From an uncultured cyanobacterium (lineage in GTDB: Bacteria; Cyanobacteriota; Cyanobacteriia; Cyanobacteriales; CAWCAG01): 64,000 bases of DNA. The stretch lies in contig CAWDOD010000011.1 in assembly GCA_963803805.1 (NCBI GenBank), positions 416,001 through 480,000 of the forward strand, read 5' to 3'. This document shows, in pieces, positions 59,885 through 64,000 of this stretch. The position numbers were made by a program, and so were the translations under genes. How positions within the stretch are numbered: position 1 is the stretch's first letter; each line of letters begins with the position of its first letter. The notes under the pieces were generated by a model that saw only the letters and a list, made by a program, of their open reading frames with translations, was not told the DNA's origin and searched no databases.

Positions 59885-61135
59885 TTAAGTCGTATACTCT
59901 GCGTTAATCTTCACGTAGTCGTAGCTTAAATCGCAACCCCAGGCTACTCCTTCACCAGAACCATTACCTAAAGAGACAGAAATTAAAACTGTATCTTCTT
60001 GTAAATATTGTCCTTTGGCTGCTTGTTGTAAATAATTGCTTGCAGCTTGTCTATCAAAGGGTAAAGGCTGTCCGTATTCCATCAACAAAATACTTCCTAG
60101 TTGTATTTTGAGATTTTCTTGTTTAAAAGTGACTCCCGCCCTACCCGCAGCAGCAGCAATTCTCCCCCAATTGGGATCACGACCAAAAACTGCTGATTTA
60201 ACTAAGGATGAACCCACAATGGTTCTGGCAACTTGACGGGCAGCAGCATCATCCTCTGTCCCAGAAACTCGCACCTCAATTAAACAAGTTGCCCCTTCAC
60301 CATCCCGCGCGATCGCCTTAGCTAAATGTTGGCAAACTGCTGTTAACATTGCTTCTAATTTCTGGGCATCTGCCCCCATTTCCGTAATTGCCGCAGTGCG
60401 AGACTGGCCATTAGCTAGGGCAATGAGGGTATCATTGGTGCTAGTATCCCCATCTACTGTGATTTGATTAAAGCTTTTGTCTGCTGCCCTGGCTAACATT
60501 TCCTGCCACAGAGAAGTAGAAACCGTGGCATCACAGGTGACAAAAGCTAGCATGGTTGCCATGTTAGGGTGAATCATCCCCGAACCTTTAGAAATACCTC
60601 CTATCCTCACCGGGCGATCGCCGATGGTGGTTTCTAAAGCAATAGACTTAGTAACTAAATCTGTGGTGACAATAGCTTTAGCTGCGGCTTCCCCACCTTC
60701 AGGAGAAGTAGCTGCCACTAACTTCGGAATGCCTAAGCGAAAAGCATCCATCGCCATACGCTGTCCAATTACTCCTGTAGAAGCAAGGAGAATAGCGTCA
60801 GGGGAGATTTGCAACTCCTTTGCTAAAAGTTCCGCCGTTTCCACCGCATCCTGCCAACCTTGTTCTCCTGTAGCCGCATTGGCTTGTCCTGCATTACATA
60901 AAATCGCCTTCGCACTAGCTTTTTTTTGCAAACGTCGGCGACAATAATCTACACAGGCAGCCCTCACTTCTGTGGTGGTGAAAACCCCGGCGGCGATCGC
61001 CTCAGTTTCTGAGACTATCAAAGCCAAGTCTTCTGCCCCCGATGGTTTAAGCCCTGCTGCGATTCCTGCTGCTTGGTAACCTCTAGGGGCTGTAACACCC
61101 CCACTAATTTGCTGCCACCCCAAATCATTTGTCAT
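59885..61135 (-). CDS. argJ: Bifunctional ornithine acetyltransferase/N-acetylglutamate synthase
   Basis: GQANAATG, ASTGVIG, KGSGMIHPNMATML, DGDTSTND, GCDLSYDYVKINAEYTT. Confidence 0.97.
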   Translation of the reverse strand: MTNDLGWQQISGGVTAPRGYQAAGIAAGLKPSGAEDLALIVSETEAIAAGVFTTTEVRAACVDYCRRRLQKKASAKAILCNAGQANAATGEQGWQDAVETAELLAKELQISPDAILLASTGVIGQRMAMDAFRLGIPKLVAATSPEGGEAAAKAIVTTDLVTKSIALETTIGDRPVRIGGISKGSGMIHPNMATMLAFVTCDATVSTSLWQEMLARAADKSFNQITVDGDTSTNDTLIALANGQSRTAAITEMGADAQKLEAMLTAVCQHLAKAIARDGEGATCLIEVRVSGTEDDAAARQVARTIVGSSLVKSAVFGRDPNWGRIAAAAGRAGVTFKQENLKIQLGSILLMEYGQPLPFDRQAASNYLQQAAKGQYLQEDTVLISVSLGNGSGEGVAWGCDLSYDYVKINAEYTT

Positions 61136-61206
61136 TGATCATTCATCAGTTATTATTTATTCAATTATTATCAACTATCAACTATCAATTATCAATTTTA
61201 CCTAAG

Positions 61207-62361
61207 TTAATATAAAGTAGTTCTTTGGCGATAAGGGCGATTTAAGGAGCTAATCGCTTCTTGCAACTGATTAACCTCCATACAGGTTCCCCCTTTTGCG
61301 CCGGCCATAGTTGTGATATGCTCTTCCATTAAAGTCCCACCAATATCATTGCAACCCCATTGCAAAGCTTCTGTTGCCCCTTGCAAGCCTAATTTCACCC
61401 AACTTGGTTGGTGGTTAGGTATGCAGTTGCCTAAGAAAATGCGAGCTACGGCTGTTAAATGTAGAGTATCTTTAAGGAGAGGTTGATCTCTGCCGACACG
61501 ACGGCGTAAAGATTTGGGGGCTTCTTGCCCTACAAAAGGCAGGATGATAAACTCGCTGATACGAGCGGGATAACCTTGTTTGATACTGTTTTGTTGTAGC
61601 GATCGCAGTTTACTTAAATGGGTGATTTGCTGCTTTTGGGTTTCAATATGTCCTGAAAGCATTGTACTGGTAGTAGGCATTCCTAAACGGTGTGCCGTAC
61701 TAACAATTTCTAACCAAGTAGCAGTATTGATTTTTTCAGGACAAAGAATGTTTCGTACCCCGTCATCTAATACTTCTGCCGCAGTTCCTGGCATGGAACC
61801 AACTCCCGCTTTTTGCAAAGCAGTGATCACTTCTGCGTAACTCAAACGATCTTCCCTCGCAATGAATTGTACTTCTTGGGGAGAAAAGCTATGGAGGTGT
61901 AGTTGGGGAAAGTTGTTTTTAATGGTTTCTACTAATTGTAAATAGTAGGGTAAGGATGCACCGTCGAGTTTTGCTGTTGGGTTCAATCCCCCTTGCATAC
62001 ATATCTCTGTTGCACCCCTCTCTACCGCCTCAGCAGTTTTAGCAAGAATTTGCTCTTTCTCTAACCAAAATGCTCCTACTTCTCCTTCATCCCTACGAAA
62101 GGCACAGAAGCTACAATGCTGTTCACAGATATTGGTGAAGTTGATGTTGCGATTGATGATATAAGTGACTATTTCTCCAGCTTGCTGCTGCCGTAGAGTA
62201 TTTGCTGTAAAACGAATTTTCTCCCAGGTTGCTGGCTGTTGTTGTTGCAGCAAACATAATGCTGCTTCAGGAGATATATCCTCACCTTCTAAAGCTTGGG
62301 TGAGGATAGTTTCAACTGAGGGTGCGAGGCTAGTATTTGAAAAGGATTTGAGGTGACTCAT
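61207..62361 (-). CDS. cofH: FO synthase subunit CofH (radical SAM)
   Basis: [19 protein letters not shown] (CxxxCxxC), [29 protein letters not shown]. Confidence 0.88.
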   Translation of the reverse strand: MSHLKSFSNTSLAPSVETILTQALEGEDISPEAALCLLQQQQPATWEKIRFTANTLRQQQAGEIVTYIINRNINFTNICEQHCSFCAFRRDEGEVGAFWLEKEQILAKTAEAVERGATEICMQGGLNPTAKLDGASLPYYLQLVETIKNNFPQLHLHSFSPQEVQFIAREDRLSYAEVITALQKAGVGSMPGTAAEVLDDGVRNILCPEKINTATWLEIVSTAHRLGMPTTSTMLSGHIETQKQQITHLSKLRSLQQNSIKQGYPARISEFIILPFVGQEAPKSLRRRVGRDQPLLKDTLHLTAVARIFLGNCIPNHQPSWVKLGLQGATEALQWGCNDIGGTLMEEHITTMAGAKGGTCMEVNQLQEAISSLNRPYRQRTTLY

Positions 62362-62571
62362 AGTATCTTAGCTTTAATGAATTGTTGTTATTTTTTTGAT
62401 AATTATTACACTAAAAGAAATGAATATCCTGGTATATGTATTGGTTTAGCACTCTGGCAAAAATAGTCGAAACTCACAGAGGAAAAATTTGGCTAGACTC
62501 TAAATTAGGCAAAGGAAGTTCTTTCTGTTTTTCTTTACCATTAATAACTAACCAGCAATAACCAAACTTAT

Positions 62572-64000
62572 ATGCTTCTTCTTGATTTTTATGTACCTCA
62601 CGGACACTGTTACCTTTGGCAAACTGATTTAGTTAGCTTACATATTATCTCCGACACTTTAATTGCGATCGCTTATTATTCTATTCCCCTACTTTTAATC
62701 TATTTTATTCGCCAAAGAAAAGATACTCCTTTCAAAGGGGTACTTCTTTTATTTATTACCTTTATTTTGGCCTGTGGTACTACTCATTTAATGGCAGTTT
62801 GGACAATTTGGCATCCTGACTATTGGTTGTCTGGTTTAATTAAAGCCTTTACTGCTCTAGTTTCTTGTTACACAGCCATTGTTTTAATCAAACTGATTCC
62901 CCAAGCTTTAGCTTTACCAAGTCAGGCTGAACTAGAACAAGAAATTCGTAACAAGGAAGAAGCAGAAGTAAAATTAAAAGAAAGTCAATACTTTATCCAG
63001 CAAATTACTGATACCACACCGACTATTCTCTACATTTACGACCTAGAAGAAAAGCGTAATATTTATAGTAATCGTGCCATCGGTGATATTTTAGGTTATT
63101 CTTCCCAAACAATTAAAGATATGGGGGCAGAATTATTAATTAAAGTTGTTCATCCAGATGATCTACCTAAAATGGGTCAGCATCACCAAAACTTAACCAA
63201 TGCCAAAAAAAACGACACCTTAGAAATTGAGCATCGGGCAATTCATAGCAGTGGAGAATGGCGGTGGCTTTATAGTCGAGATACAGCTTTTGCTTTTAAT
63301 AGTGATGGTAAAGTTAAACAGATTTTGGGAAGTTGTATAGATATAACCGAACGCAAACAAGCAGAAATTAAATTAAAAGCATACCGAGAGCATTTAGAAG
63401 AATTAGTTTCTACCCGTACTACTGAACTTCAAGGAGAAATTATCGAGCGCAGGCAAGCAGAAGAAAACCTGAGACAAAGTAATAGAGAACTAGCTCGTTC
63501 TAACGAAGAATTAGAGCAGTTTGCCTATATAGCTTCCCACGATTTACAAGAACCTTTGAGGGCGGTTACTAGCTATGCTCAACTACTAGAAAAAAGATAT
63601 GTCGATCAACTAGATGAAAAAGCCCAAAAATACATCATCAACATTGTTGATGGTGGAACCAGGATGCAACAGTTAATCAACGATTTGCTCAACTACTCAA
63701 GGGTAGGGACAAAAGGAGCAGAATTTCAACCCGTTGCCACTGAAAAGATAGTTAAGCGAGTTTTAGCTAACCTAAAAATTGCTATCGTCAAAAGTAAAGC
63801 TAAGATAACCTACGACCCCTTACCAACAATTACCGGAGATCAAAGTCAACTAATCCAACTATTCCAAAACCTGATTAGTAACGCCATTAAATTCCATGGT
63901 GATGCTCCTCCCCAAATCCACATTTGGGCAACCAAAGAGTCTCAAGCTTGGCATTTTTGTATCCGCGATCGCGGTATAGGTATTGAAGCAGAATATGCAG
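62572..64000 (+). CDS. Sensor histidine kinase with ETR1-like ethylene-binding membrane domain and PAS domain (runs off the window; not in ORF track)
   Basis: Manual translation: PHGHCYLW...SDTLIAIAYYSIP...FILACGTTHL...KAFTALVS; PAS (VHPDD); HisKA EQFAYIASHDLQEPLR; N-box LFQNLISNAIKF. Confidence 0.9.
   Translation, partial: MLLLDFYVPHGHCYLWQTDLVSLHIISDTLIAIAYYSIPLLLIYFIRQRKDTPFKGVLLLFITFILACGTTHLMAVWTIWHPDYWLSGLIKAFTALVSCYTAIVLIKLIPQALALPSQAELEQEIRNKEEAEVKLKESQYFIQQITDTTPTILYIYDLEEKRNIYSNRAIGDILGYSSQTIKDMGAELLIKVVHPDDLPKMGQHHQNLTNAKKNDTLEIEHRAIHSSGEWRWLYSRDTAFAFNSDGKVKQILGSCIDITERKQAEIKLKAYREHLEELVSTRTTELQGEIIERRQAEENLRQSNRELARSNEELEQFAYIASHDLQEPLRAVTSYAQLLEKRYVDQLDEKAQKYIINIVDGGTRMQQLINDLLNYSRVGTKGAEFQPVATEKIVKRVLANLKIAIVKSKAKITYDPLPTITGDQSQLIQLFQNLISNAIKFHGDAPPQIHIWATKESQAWHFCIRDRGIGIEAEYA

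Noticed and set aside
235-63972. Abundant GCGATCGC octamer as a novel signal
   Set aside because: This is the well-known cyanobacterial HIP1 sequence

Overview
Cyanobacterial chromosomal window. Evidence: photosynthesis genes psaE, psbY, psbQ, ndhO and petP; roughly 40 HIP1 GCGATCGC octamers counted by eye; and heptamer STRR-type repeats between genes. Most of it is housekeeping (murJ, hisS, suhB, mutM, mdh, rsmI, plmA, clpB, argJ, cofH, a GT2/hpsE glycosyltransferase cluster) with many degenerate MITE/REP-like elements. Four elements missing from the ORF track were read directly: psbY (12176-12295), a 50-aa small ORF (59657-59809), a truncated xisH (48722-48988) and an ETR1-type ethylene-binding-domain histidine kinase running off the right edge (62572->64000). 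The most interesting uncharacterised loci are: (1) 15651-16775, a strong sigma70-like promoter, a structured leader, five 42-bp repeats (ten 21-bp half-units) and an internally duplicated 217-aa helical protein, an architecture reminiscent of repeat-RNA/protein modules such as type III toxin-antitoxin systems but with an unrelated protein; (2) 38945-43027, four co-oriented unknown genes that appear to share one domain, one carrying a long acidic DWGD-repeat tail; (3) 45087-50452, an accessory island with a CHAT-NTPase-TPR protein bearing mosaic 120-bp repeats, a deletion junction into xisH, xisI, and a DUF433/DUF5615 pair frameshifted at an A8 tract, bordered by HIP1-containing repeats. All family assignments come from motif recognition; no database searches were run.
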